From an uncultured delta proteobacterium (GTDB lineage: Bacteria; Desulfobacterota; Binatia; Binatales; Binataceae), in contig CAWJET010000001.1 of NCBI GenBank assembly GCA_963842085.1, positions 832,001-896,000 of the forward strand: a DNA stretch of 64,000 nucleotides, written 5' to 3'. Both the position numbers and the translations under genes were made by a program. Below, in pieces: positions 62,845-64,000 of the stretch (the first letter of the stretch is position 1; each line of letters begins with the position of its first letter). Under the pieces are notes generated by a model. The model searched no databases, was not told where the DNA came from, and saw only the letters and a program-made list of their open reading frames with translations.

Positions 62845-63216
62845 CTACTTGGGTTTCTTCGACCCGTACTTCGAACGGCCCTTGCGCCGCTCCTGCACGC
62901 CGATCGAGTCCAGCGTGCCGCGAATCACGTGGTAGCGGACGCCCGGCAGGTCGCGCACGCGGCCGCCGCGAATCAGCACCACGGAGTGCTCCTGCAGGTT
63001 GTGCCCGACGCCGGGGATATAGGTGTTCACCTCGATCCCGTTGGACAGCCGCACGCGCGCAACCTTGCGCAGAGCGGAGTTGGGCTTCTTGGGCGTCGTC
63101 GTCTTCACCTGCGTGCATACGCCGCGCTTCTGCGGCGAGCCTTCGAGCGCACGCGCCTTCGTCTTGAAGCGCTTCTTCACGCGCGCCTGTCGGATCAACT
63201 GGTTTATCGTCGGCAC
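62845..63216 (-). CDS. rpsL: 30S ribosomal protein S12
   Basis: [25 protein letters not shown]. Confidence 0.99.
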   Translation of the reverse strand: MPTINQLIRQARVKKRFKTKARALEGSPQKRGVCTQVKTTTPKKPNSALRKVARVRLSNGIEVNTYIPGVGHNLQEHSVVLIRGGRVRDLPGVRYHVIRGTLDSIGVQERRKGRSKYGSKKPK

Positions 63217-63389
63217 GTTTTAATTCTCGTTCTCTTCCGCTTCGCCACCCGCACCCATCGGACGCTCGCCGACTTTCGGACCGCTCGACGCTCGCATCGC
63301 GCCGGCCCGGTTCGCCGGATTTGCCTCTGGTGGGACGCGGTGTTCAAACAAACCCCCCAAGGACAACTTATGCCCTTGGGGGAAACATC

Positions 63390-63420
63390 ATTATGTACGG
63401 GACCCGGCCCGCCGTGTCAA
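63390..63420 (-). promoter_or_regulatory. candidate sigma70 promoter of the str operon
   Basis: Perfect TTGACA overlapping the rpoC stop, with TACATAAT starting 17 nt later. Confidence 0.6.
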
Positions 63421-64000
63421 TCTCCGCCCGGTGCGGGCGCGGCCGCCAGCTCCGGTTTTTCCACATCTTCTTCGGCGGTGGCGCCTTCGACCTTGACCAC
63501 CATCTGGTTGTACGAGGTCATGCCTGTGCCGGCCGGGATCAAGCGTCCCATGATCACGTTTTCCTTCAACCCGACCAGCCTGTCCACCTTGCCGTTGATA
63601 GCCGACTCGGTGAGCACCCGCGTGGTTTCCTGGAATGAAGCGGCTGAGATGAAGCTCTCCGTCGAGAGCGACGCCTTGGTGATGCCGAGCAGGAGAGGTT
63701 CCGCGATCGCCGGCTCTCCGCCGCGCGTGAGCACGCGGCCGTTCTCCTCGTCGAAGCGCCATTTCTCGACCTGGTCGCCGACCAGGAACGGGGTATCGCC
63801 GACTTCCTTGATCCGCACGCGCCGCAGCATCTGCCGCACAATCACTTCGATATGCTTGTCGTTGATGCGCACGCCCTGCAGCCGGTAAATCTCCTGGATT
63901 TCGTCGACCAGGTATTTCGCCAGCGCCTTCTCGCCGAGAATCGTCAGGATGTCGTGCGGATTCGACGAGCCTTCCATCAACGGCTCGCCCGCCTTGACGA
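63417..64000 (-). CDS. rpoC: RNA polymerase subunit beta' (3' end, truncated by the window)
   Basis: [42 protein letters not shown]. Confidence 0.98.
   Translation of the reverse strand, partial: VKAGEPLMEGSSNPHDILTILGEKALAKYLVDEIQEIYRLQGVRINDKHIEVIVRQMLRRVRIKEVGDTPFLVGDQVEKWRFDEENGRVLTRGGEPAIAEPLLLGITKASLSTESFISAASFQETTRVLTESAINGKVDRLVGLKENVIMGRLIPAGTGMTSYNQMVVKVEGATAEEDVEKPELAAAPAPGGD

Noticed and set aside
62380-63888. 502-aa plus-strand ORF
   Set aside because: Antisense to rpsG/rpsL/rpoC; not a credible gene

Overview
High-GC bacterial chromosomal window. Gene content (many GT-C-like membrane proteins, hopanoid hpnJ/hpnI, deltaproteobacteria-like ribosomal proteins) is compatible with a Binatota-like organism, but this is inference only. 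The right third (43.2-64 kb, minus strand) is an uninterrupted rpoC(partial)-str-S10-spc-alpha ribosomal superoperon ending in a strong terminator. The left two-thirds holds, in order: MFS and an orphan RskA-like gene; DAHP synthase; a four-gene GT-C-like membrane cassette with a tandem duplication and a frameshifted gene; a pncB-LonC-like-hsp20/usp stress cluster; enoyl-CoA hydratase; ggt-arnT-flippase; BMP lipoprotein-queC and a methyltransferase; hpnJ-hpnI-DMT; a cupredoxin-cytochrome c-TolC-MFP-CusA/CzcA operon; clpB, a Crp regulator and tldD/tldE. I saw no rRNA, tRNA, CRISPR array, transposase or integrase. The most notable observations are the redox-protein-linked RND metal efflux operon, the duplicated GT-C cassette, a duplicated leader motif before rpsK and rpsD, a natural K88R in S12, a Cys4 insertion in EF-Tu, a greatly extended L5 and a possible ACG start for rpsE. 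All calls come from reading the sequence and recognising motifs; no database searches were run.
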